Translations under genes and position numbers: made by a program
Assembly (NCBI GenBank): GCA_902767125.1
Contig: CACXGJ010000138.1
Coordinates: 1-25,323, forward strand
DNA length: 25,323 nt
Reading direction: 5' to 3'
Source of the DNA: an uncultured Ruminococcus sp.
GTDB lineage: Bacteria > Bacillota > Clostridia > Oscillospirales > Acutalibacteraceae
In this document: positions 18,282 through 25,323 of the stretch, in pieces
Layout of the letters: each line of letters begins with the position of its first letter
Position numbering within the stretch: the stretch's first letter is position 1
Notes under the pieces: model-generated
What the model saw: the letters and a program-made list of their open reading frames with translations, nothing else
Databases searched by the model: none
What the model was told of the DNA's origin: nothing

Positions 18282-19973
18282 ATGATAAACGGTTCATGCT
18301 ATAAAAATGCTCTTATTTCAGGTGCAAATAATATCATAAAGCATACGGAAGAAATAAATGCCCTTAATATTTTTCCTGTCCCCGACGGCGATACGGGTAC
18401 AAATATGTCTATGACGATAAAGGCTGCAGGTCAGGCACTTGAGGAGCTTGATTCAAAAAGCATAGCTGAAATTTCTTCGGCTGCTGCATCGGCAATGCTG
18501 AAGTCTGCCCGTGGAAATTCGGGAGTTATACTCTCTCTGCTTTTCAGAGGTATCGCAAACGGTCTTAAGGGCAAAGAAAGTATCAATGGCAAGGATTTTA
18601 CACTCGCCTTGCGTGAGGGTGTCAAGACAGCTTATCAGGCTGTTATGAATCCTACCGAGGGTACTATCCTCACAGTCGCAAGAATGGCGTGCGAGGCAGG
18701 AGAACTTCTCTCGAAAAATGAAGATGATCCCGTTATCGTATTCGGTGAGATATGTGCCGCTGCCAATGCCGCACTTGCAAAAACTCCGAATATGCTGCCC
18801 GTACTCAAAAAAGCGGGTGTTGTGGATGCAGGCGGTAAGGGACTCTGCATGATATTTGACGGTATGCTCTCATTGCTCCGTGACGGTGTTATGATAGAAA
18901 ATGAGGAGGATACAGAAAAAACTCCCTCAAAGGAAGAATCGACTGCCGAATTTTTCAGAAATGCCGCTGCTGAATTTGATTCGGTCATAAACTTTACTTA
19001 CTGTACGGAATTTATTATAGGCAAGAATCCTGATGTTACAAAAAGCTATATGGAGCTGAAAGCCTACCTCGAAACATTGGGCGACTGTGTAGTTGTAGCT
19101 GATGACGAGGATATAATAAAGGTTCATGTCCATACGGAAAATCCCGGAAAGGCTCTTGAGGAAGCACTGACCTTCGGTCAGCTCCTCACCGTGAAGATAG
19201 AAAATATGAAGGAGCAGCACAGAAAGGCTGCCGAAAAATATGAGCGTGAAAAAGCAAAGGCAGAAGCCGAAGAAAAAAAGCGTCAGGCTCTGAAACCTGT
19301 TGCACCGGTTGATGAGATAGGCTTTGTGTCAGTCGCAACAGGTGAGGGTATTGAAAATGTATTCAAGGAGCTTGGCTGTCAGCATATCGTGAGCGGCGGT
19401 CAAAGCATGAATCCGAGTACCGAGGATATATATGAAGCTGTTATCGCTACACCCGCAAAGAATGTATTCGTTCTTCCGAACAACAAAAATATCATACTCG
19501 CTGCCGAACAGGTAGTGCCGATAGTTCAGGACAGAAATGTTATTATAATCCCTACCAGGACTATCCCACAGGGACTCGGTGCATTGCTTGCCTATTCCGA
19601 TGATGCTACCGTTGAGCTTAATGCGGAATATATGACGGCTGCTGCAAAAAAAGTCTCCACAGGTATGGTCACCTATGCGGCAAGAAATTCCGAGTTCGGA
19701 AGCACAAAGATTAAAGAGGGTGAAATAATCGCTCTCAATAACGGAAAACTCACCCACAAGGATAAGGATCCTGTTCATGCTGTTGTGAAGCTCGCAAAAG
19801 AAATGATACATCGTGATACCTCCTATGTTACCGTTATATACGGCAACGGCATAAATGAAGCTCAAGCCGAAGCGGCTATGCAGTCGATACAGTCAAAAGT
19901 CGGCTCCAATACAGAGGTCTCCCTTATTGAAGGCGGTCAGCCGATATACTACTTCATTCTTTCAGTGGAATGA
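18282..19973 (+). CDS. fakA: DAK2-domain fatty acid kinase catalytic subunit (YloV/FakA-like)
   Basis: NIFPVPDGDTGTNM, ARGNSGVILS, VVDAGG, YCTEF, KVHVHT, GGQSMNPS and GGQPIYYFILSVE; precedes recG. Confidence 0.92.
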   Translation: MINGSCYKNALISGANNIIKHTEEINALNIFPVPDGDTGTNMSMTIKAAGQALEELDSKSIAEISSAAASAMLKSARGNSGVILSLLFRGIANGLKGKESINGKDFTLALREGVKTAYQAVMNPTEGTILTVARMACEAGELLSKNEDDPVIVFGEICAAANAALAKTPNMLPVLKKAGVVDAGGKGLCMIFDGMLSLLRDGVMIENEEDTEKTPSKEESTAEFFRNAAAEFDSVINFTYCTEFIIGKNPDVTKSYMELKAYLETLGDCVVVADDEDIIKVHVHTENPGKALEEALTFGQLLTVKIENMKEQHRKAAEKYEREKAKAEAEEKKRQALKPVAPVDEIGFVSVATGEGIENVFKELGCQHIVSGGQSMNPSTEDIYEAVIATPAKNVFVLPNNKNIILAAEQVVPIVQDRNVIIIPTRTIPQGLGALLAYSDDATVELNAEYMTAAAKKVSTGMVTYAARNSEFGSTKIKEGEIIALNNGKLTHKDKDPVHAVVKLAKEMIHRDTSYVTVIYGNGINEAQAEAAMQSIQSKVGSNTEVSLIEGGQPIYYFILSVE

Positions 19974-19982
19974 TACCTGATG

Positions 19983-20024
19983 AAAATGGTAAGCCTTTGA
20001 TCAAAAAAAGGTTTACCGTTTTTT
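19983..20024 (+). terminator. Terminator-like hairpin between fakA and recG
   Basis: 16-bp stem AAAATGGTAAGCCTTT/AAAGGTTTACCGTTTT whose two mismatches are G-U pairs on the plus strand; T-run. Confidence 0.7.
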
Positions 20025-20054
20025 GAAATAAAAATTTTTTTGAAGGAGGAGCTT

Positions 20055-22121
20055 ATGCCTTCACTTTTTAAAATACCCGTAAATCAGCTTTGGGGCATAG
20101 GAAAAACAAAAGAAAACGCTTTTAACAGACTTGGTATATATACTGTCGGAGACCTGTTAGAATTTTATCCGAAAAACTATGAGGACTGGAGCAATCCGCT
20201 TTGTATAAACGATGCCTGTATATTCAGCAGAAGCTATCATAACACCCCCTGCTGTATCAAAGCTGATGTAAGACGTGTCTATGAGCCTCATATTGTAAGA
20301 AACAATATGACTATATACAAGGTCGAGGTAAAGGACGAATATAATGATCGTATGACAGTGACCTTCTTCAATCAGTATTATACCTATCAAAAGCTGGTGA
20401 ATGGCGGAGAATACTTATTCTACGGTGTCGTAAAGGACAGTGAATACGGCTATCAGATGGCATCACCGTCAGTCCTTGATGTGTCAAATATGTGTATACA
20501 TCCCGTGTATCCCCAGACTGCCAACCTTACCACAAAACAGATAGAATTTGCTGTAAAACAGTCAATAAATATGCTTCCCGAAAAAGTCAATGATCCTGTT
20601 CCGCCCGATATACTTGAAAAATACAATCTGTGTGAGCTTGGATATGCCATCAAAAATATACATTTCCCCGAAGATCATATTGCCTTGAGCAATGCAAGAC
20701 AAAGACTGATATTCGAGGAGCTTCTGATACTTCAATTGGGTATGGCACGCCTCAAGGGCGGAAGACATGAGGAAACTGCACATAAAATAAAAAAAGACTT
20801 CACAAAGGAATTTTTCAAGATACTTCCATTTAAGCCGACTAATGCTCAAAAGCGGGCTATCGGTGAATGTATATCCGATATGAAAGAAAATGATTATCCT
20901 ATGAACAGGCTTATCCAGGGAGATGTCGGTTCAGGAAAAACCGCTGTTGCGGCAGCAGTGTGCTACAGTGCAGTAAAAAATTCCTTCCAGTGTGCATTCA
21001 TGGCTCCCACAGAGATTCTTGCAGAACAGCATTACAGGACTTTCACCGAATTATTCAAGGATACCGACATAACCGTAGGACTCCTTACAGGCTCCATGAG
21101 AGCCTCTCAAAAGAAAAAAATACAGGAACAGATAAAAAACGGTCAGATAGATATAACTATCGGAACTCATGCCCTTATCTCCGATAAAGTAGAGTTCGAT
21201 TCTCTCGGACTCGTCATAACAGATGAACAGCACCGTTTCGGAGTCGCTCAAAGAGCTGAACTTATTTCAAGGGGCAATAATCCTCATATACTCGTAATGT
21301 CTGCAACCCCCATCCCCCGAACACTTGCCCTGATGATATTCGGAGACCTTGATTTGTCGGTGCTGGATGAGATGCCTCCCGGAAGACAAAAAATAGATAC
21401 GCATTTAATAAGCAGTCGGGCGAAGCCAAAGGCTTATGACTTTATAAAAAGAGAAATAGATAACGGCAGACAATGCTATATAGTATGCCCCGTTGTCGCT
21501 CAAAATGACGAAAACAATCTCATATCCGCCGAAGAATACAGCGATATCCTTGACAGGACAGTCCTGAAAAATTACAGAAGGGCAGTCATTCACGGCAAAA
21601 TGAAGGCTTCCGAAAAGGACAGGATAATGCGGGATTTTTCAGCGGGAAATATTGATATTATCATTGCAACGACTGTTATCGAGGTCGGGATAGATGTCCC
21701 GAACAGTACCATAATTATGATAGAAAATGCAGAAAGATTCGGTCTTTCACAGCTCCATCAGCTTCGAGGACGTGTCGGCAGAGGAAAATATAAATCCTGC
21801 TGTATACTTGTTTCCGATACTCAAAAGAGCAGTACACTTGAAAGATTGAATGTCATGAGAAAAACAAATGACGGATTTGTGATAGCCGATGAAGACCTTA
21901 AGCTCCGAGGTCCGGGGGACTTCTTCGGTGCAAGACAGCATGGACTGCCTGAACTCAAGATAGCTAACCTGTCAAATGCTTCATCTGTCGAAAACGCCAA
22001 AATGGCTGCTCATGTGATACTTGAAAGTGATCCCGACCTGTCATTGAAGGAACACAGGGGACTTTATGTTGAGACTCAAAGGCTCTTTGCGGCAGTGGGT
22101 TCAACAGAAAGACTCCAGTAA
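20055..22121 (+). CDS. recG: ATP-dependent DNA helicase RecG, 688 aa
   Basis: QGDVGSGKT, MAPTEILAEQH, DEQHRFG, MSATPIPRT, QLHQLRGRVGRG and DLKLRGPG; ATG 20055 behind AGGAGG. Confidence 0.98.
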   Translation: MPSLFKIPVNQLWGIGKTKENAFNRLGIYTVGDLLEFYPKNYEDWSNPLCINDACIFSRSYHNTPCCIKADVRRVYEPHIVRNNMTIYKVEVKDEYNDRMTVTFFNQYYTYQKLVNGGEYLFYGVVKDSEYGYQMASPSVLDVSNMCIHPVYPQTANLTTKQIEFAVKQSINMLPEKVNDPVPPDILEKYNLCELGYAIKNIHFPEDHIALSNARQRLIFEELLILQLGMARLKGGRHEETAHKIKKDFTKEFFKILPFKPTNAQKRAIGECISDMKENDYPMNRLIQGDVGSGKTAVAAAVCYSAVKNSFQCAFMAPTEILAEQHYRTFTELFKDTDITVGLLTGSMRASQKKKIQEQIKNGQIDITIGTHALISDKVEFDSLGLVITDEQHRFGVAQRAELISRGNNPHILVMSATPIPRTLALMIFGDLDLSVLDEMPPGRQKIDTHLISSRAKPKAYDFIKREIDNGRQCYIVCPVVAQNDENNLISAEEYSDILDRTVLKNYRRAVIHGKMKASEKDRIMRDFSAGNIDIIIATTVIEVGIDVPNSTIIMIENAERFGLSQLHQLRGRVGRGKYKSCCILVSDTQKSSTLERLNVMRKTNDGFVIADEDLKLRGPGDFFGARQHGLPELKIANLSNASSVENAKMAAHVILESDPDLSLKEHRGLYVETQRLFAAVGSTERLQ

Positions 22122-22155
22122 TAAAAAAATATATTTTCAGAAAGGAAGCAATGAA

Positions 22156-22869
22156 ATGGAAAACTATAATGACTTTTTACAGAGAATAAGCTATCAGCAG
22201 ACCGAACTCCAGATCAGAGACGGGGATTTTACGCCTAATGAGCGAGTTTTTCAGAAAGTAGCTCCCGAAAATTCATTCAAGGCATTCTTTGGTGATACAG
22301 TTGTCTTTGACCTCCCCAAAAAAGTCAAAAAGGCAATTTATCCGATACTTGACAAATTGTATGAAAAATGTCCCGAATGTTTTTGTCAAAGGCTTAATGA
22401 AAATACTATGCACATGACACTGCATGACCTTAATGCTTCCGATAATCTCAATGAGATTGCGTGTGATGTATTCAGCAATGAGATAAAGCTCCTTGAAGTC
22501 CTCGCAAAGAATCCCGTTGAGCATCATAAGATAAAAATGAAGACTAATTTCATTGTCAACATGGTCGATACAAGTCTTGTGCTTACCCTTGTACCCATTG
22601 ATGAGGATGAATGGAACAAGCTCCAAGCCCTCTATGACATGATAAACGAAGTCAGGGTATGCGGATATCCGTTTCTCACTCCGCATATAACCCTCGCTTA
22701 CTTCAATTACAACGGCTTTGACAAGTCATCATCCGACAAGCTCAAAAAAGTGGTTACTTCACTTAATGAAAAACTCGACCTTGAGATACATCTCGATACA
22801 AAGAAACTTTATTATCAGAAATTTGTCAGCATGAACGAATATATAAATATTTTCCGTCTTGCAGAATAA
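22156..22869 (+). CDS. 2H-phosphoesterase-superfamily protein (DUF1868-like), 237 aa
   Basis: Two HxT motifs (MHMTLHDL, PHITLAYF) about 90 aa apart and an N-terminal FFGDTVVFDL motif; start moved to MENYN behind AAAGGA. Confidence 0.75.
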   Translation: MENYNDFLQRISYQQTELQIRDGDFTPNERVFQKVAPENSFKAFFGDTVVFDLPKKVKKAIYPILDKLYEKCPECFCQRLNENTMHMTLHDLNASDNLNEIACDVFSNEIKLLEVLAKNPVEHHKIKMKTNFIVNMVDTSLVLTLVPIDEDEWNKLQALYDMINEVRVCGYPFLTPHITLAYFNYNGFDKSSSDKLKKVVTSLNEKLDLEIHLDTKKLYYQKFVSMNEYINIFRLAE

Positions 22870-22878
22870 AAAAATCTA

Positions 22879-22918
22879 TCCCTTGCGGAAAAAAACATCT
22901 TCCGCAAGGGAGTTTTTT
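22879..22918 (+). terminator. Intrinsic terminator of recG-2H
   Basis: Perfect 12-bp stem TCCCTTGCGGAA/TTCCGCAAGGGA followed by GTTTTTT. Confidence 0.9.
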
Positions 22919-22930
22919 ATTCACTCTGTA

Positions 22931-22959
22931 TTGACAAACATATCACACTGTTATATAAT
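22931..22959 (+). promoter_or_regulatory. Perfect-consensus sigmaA promoter upstream of the mini-array
   Basis: TTGACA-N17-TATAAT; no same-strand ORF downstream. Confidence 0.88.
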
Positions 22960-22980
22960 AAAATCACAGCGTGAAACGTT

Positions 22981-23134
22981 GTTCTTATAATTCCCCATAG
23001 GGGACGAAAGAAGCCCACCGCCATAAATTACCCGTGCATTTCCGTTTTCACAACTCCCTATAGGGGACGATACGCCAGACGGGATATAGTTTATCAAAGC
23101 GTACTCCCTTACAATTCCCCATAGGGGACAAAAA
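22981..23134 (+). CRISPR. Orphan, degenerate CRISPR-like mini-array: 3 repeats of about 30 bp and 2 spacers (33 and 31 bp)
   Basis: R1 22981 GTTCTTATAATTCCCCATAGGGGACGAAAG; R2 23044 GTTTTCACAACTCCCTATAGGGGACGATAC; R3 23105 TCCCTTACAATTCCCCATAGGGGACAAAAA; TCCCC-ATA-GGGGA hairpin; period 63/61 bp; unique spacers; no cas genes in the window. Confidence 0.72.
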
Positions 23135-23138
23135 ATAG

Positions 23139-23172
23139 ACTCCAAAACAAATAATGTTTTGGAGTTATTTTT
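23139..23172 (+). terminator. Terminator closing the mini-array transcript
   Basis: Perfect 11-bp stem ACTCCAAAACA/TGTTTTGGAGT plus TATTTTT, 4 bp after repeat 3. Confidence 0.8.
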
Positions 23173-23184
23173 ATTGCAACAAAG

Positions 23185-23219
23185 AAAAAACCGAACTGCT
23201 TTTCTCAAAAACAGTTCGG
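23185..23219 (-). terminator. Terminator of the EF-G paralogue
   Basis: CCGAACTG/CAGTTCGG stem with a 6-U run on the minus strand, about 20 nt after the stop. Confidence 0.8.
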
Positions 23220-23238
23220 CTCAATTATTGATCGTTAA

Positions 23239-25296
23239 TTATTCTTTTGTGTCGGCAATAACCTTTTGTGCGACCATTGCAGGTGCTTCTTCATAGCGGA
23301 CAAATTCAAAGCTGAAATATCCTCTGCCTTGAGTTGCCTGACGAACAAATGTCGAAAAGTCGCTCATCTCTGCCTGCGGAACTTCCGCTTCAATGGTCTG
23401 CATACGGTCTTCTGACGGGTTCATGCCAAGCACACGTCCACGACGTTTTGTAACTTCGCCCATGACATCACCCATGTTTGCATCAGGCACTGTTGCCTTG
23501 AGCAAACCTACAGGCTCAAGCAGTACAGGACTTGCTTTCGGCATACCGTCTTTATATGCAAGTGCGGCGGCTGTTTTGAATGACATTTCGGAGGAGTCTA
23601 CGGGGTGATATGAACCGTCATAGAGAGTTGCTTTGAGTCCGACAACGGGGAAGCCTGCAAGAGGTCCCTTTGAAATGCTGTCACGGAGTCCCTTTTCGAC
23701 TGCAGGGAAGAAGCCCTTCGGAACCGCACCGCCGACTACTCTTTCTTCAAATATCATATCATCACTTTCACATGGGGAGAACTCTATCCATACATCACCG
23801 AACTGTCCGTGACCGCCTGTCTGTTTCTTGTAACGTCCCTGAACCTTGACGGTTTTTCTGATGGTCTCACGGTATGCTACCTTCGGCTTTGACAGTACAA
23901 CGTCTACACTGTACTTTGATTTAAGTTTGGAAACAACTACATCAAGGTGTTGTTCGCCCATTCCGCTGACAAGCATCTGATGTGTTTCGTGATTTGTTTC
24001 AAATTTGATGGTGGGGTCTTCTTCGCAAAGTTTAGCTATACCGAGTGCAACCTTTTCTTCATCGCCCTTTGTCTTCGGAGCAATAGCCATTGTAAGTGAC
24101 GGTGCAGGATATTCTATACCGTCAAGGACAACTTTTCTTGCAGGAGCTGAAAGGGTATCGCCTGTATTTGTTGCAGAGAGCTTTGCAACTGCACCAATAT
24201 CACCTGCACCTATATAGGGAGCATCCTCAAGCTTCTTTCCTTTGATGGTCATGACCTTTGCTATTCTTTCGGTGTTGCCCGTTCTCATGTTCACAAGAGG
24301 AGTATCGGCTGATACCTTACCCGAAATTACTTTGAAGTATGACAGCTTACCTACAAACGGATCGGCTATTGTTTTGAATACGATAGCGGCAGGCATAGCA
24401 TCATCCTTTACATTCAGCTCAACAGGGTTGCCCTCTGTATCAACTGCAAGCTCGCCTGATTTTTCCTCGGCACTCGGTGCAAGCCATATAAGACCGTTCA
24501 AAAGCTGTTCAACGCCGTAAGTCAAAAGAGCATCACCGCAGAATACAGGGCTTATTGTACCATTCTTTACACCGTGACTTATACCTACGATTATTTCTTC
24601 GGGAGTAAATTCCTCGCCCGAGAAATATTTCTCGAACATTTCATCGCTTGTTTCGGCAACTGCTTCATTTATGGCAGTTCTCAAGCCCTCAAGGCGATCA
24701 CCCATATCGGGGATCGGAACAACGGTTACTTTGCCGTTTATATATTTATAAGCCTTGTATTCAAGAAGATTTACATAACAATCTGCCTGACCGTCAACTA
24801 TATACGGAACTACAACAGGGCATACAGATGGACCGAAGGATGATTTAAGGCTTTCAAAAACACGGTAGAATCTTGCACTTTCATCGCAAAGACCGTTTAC
24901 GAAGAATACCTTTGTAAGACCTCTTTTATCGGCAGCTTTTACAGCCTTTTCGGTACCGACGCTTACACCGCCCTTGCCCGAAACCGTGATGAGCATTGTA
25001 TCGGCAGCTCTTGAAGCTTCACACAGACCGCCTTCAAAGTCAAAAAGCCCGGGAGCATCAATGATATTTATCTTCTTATTTTTCCATTCAAGAGGAGCTA
25101 CACAAGCCTGTACAGAGGTTTTTCTCTTTATTTCTTCGGGATCGAAGTCGCATACGGTGTTGCCTTCGCTGACTTTACCGAGTCTTTCGGAGCCGCCGCA
25201 CAAATAAAGCATAGCTTCCGCAAGAGATGTCTTACCCGAGCCACTGTGACCGGCAAGGGCAATATTGATAATATTTTTTGCGTTATACTGTTTCAA
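23239..25296 (-). CDS. fusA2: Elongation factor G paralogue (EF-G2/FusA2-type), 685 aa
   Basis: EF-G layout (GMGEQHL, KQTGGHGQFG, DGSYHPVDSSEMSF, LLEPV); variant G1 GHSGSGKT; not in an rpsL-rpsG-tuf context as far as visible; TTG start behind AGGAGG. Confidence 0.92.
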   Translation of the reverse strand: MKQYNAKNIINIALAGHSGSGKTSLAEAMLYLCGGSERLGKVSEGNTVCDFDPEEIKRKTSVQACVAPLEWKNKKINIIDAPGLFDFEGGLCEASRAADTMLITVSGKGGVSVGTEKAVKAADKRGLTKVFFVNGLCDESARFYRVFESLKSSFGPSVCPVVVPYIVDGQADCYVNLLEYKAYKYINGKVTVVPIPDMGDRLEGLRTAINEAVAETSDEMFEKYFSGEEFTPEEIIVGISHGVKNGTISPVFCGDALLTYGVEQLLNGLIWLAPSAEEKSGELAVDTEGNPVELNVKDDAMPAAIVFKTIADPFVGKLSYFKVISGKVSADTPLVNMRTGNTERIAKVMTIKGKKLEDAPYIGAGDIGAVAKLSATNTGDTLSAPARKVVLDGIEYPAPSLTMAIAPKTKGDEEKVALGIAKLCEEDPTIKFETNHETHQMLVSGMGEQHLDVVVSKLKSKYSVDVVLSKPKVAYRETIRKTVKVQGRYKKQTGGHGQFGDVWIEFSPCESDDMIFEERVVGGAVPKGFFPAVEKGLRDSISKGPLAGFPVVGLKATLYDGSYHPVDSSEMSFKTAAALAYKDGMPKASPVLLEPVGLLKATVPDANMGDVMGEVTKRRGRVLGMNPSEDRMQTIEAEVPQAEMSDFSTFVRQATQGRGYFSFEFVRYEEAPAMVAQKVIADTKE

Positions 25297-25323
25297 AAGT
25301 TTTGCCTCCTTGTAATTAGAATA

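Noticed and set aside
22981-23134. CsrA/Rsm-sponge sRNA
   Set aside because: The GGGGA lies in the stems, not exposed as GGA in loops
22981-23172. Type III toxin-antitoxin (ToxI/AbiQ-like) antitoxin repeats
   Set aside because: Those repeats are contiguous and followed by a same-strand toxin gene; here spacers are unique and the next gene is convergent
22951-23208. 85-aa minus-strand ORF across the mini-array
   Set aside because: No RBS, spans two terminators, and runs antisense to a promoter-array-terminator unit; likely a chance ORF
1-25323. tRNA, rRNA, IS elements and cas genes
   Set aside because: None recognised; most of the window is accounted for by identified CDSs, and the remaining gaps show no such signatures

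Overview
Mostly housekeeping chromosomal region, probably from an Oscillospiraceae/Ruminococcus-like clostridium (inferred from gene order, spoVS and AGGAGG-type RBSs). Minus strand: EF-G paralogue (window end), pcrA plus a Zn-dependent phospholipase C/nuclease-family gene, a 547-aa tandem-HTH regulator, rrf2-rmuC, and rimP-nusA-ylxR-ylxQ-infB. Plus strand: a GH25-SH3-like-LysM hydrolase, rny, a Cys-rich hypothetical gene, ymdB, spoVS, a DAK2/fakA-like gene, recG and a 2H-phosphoesterase. No rRNA, tRNA, transposase, integrase or cas gene was recognised. Signals the gene list does not explain: (1) an orphan CRISPR-like mini-array (3 degenerate ~30-bp repeats, 2 spacers) at 22981-23134 with its own consensus sigmaA promoter and terminator; (2) two copies of a 29-bp dyad-symmetric element upstream of the tandem-HTH gene; (3) a 165-bp (55-aa, 5x11) triplication in RmuC; (4) an EF-G paralogue with several degenerate GTPase motifs; (5) candidate structured RNAs at about 9290-9465 and in the rny leader. 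All analysis was by eye; family assignments rest on motif recognition, not database searches.
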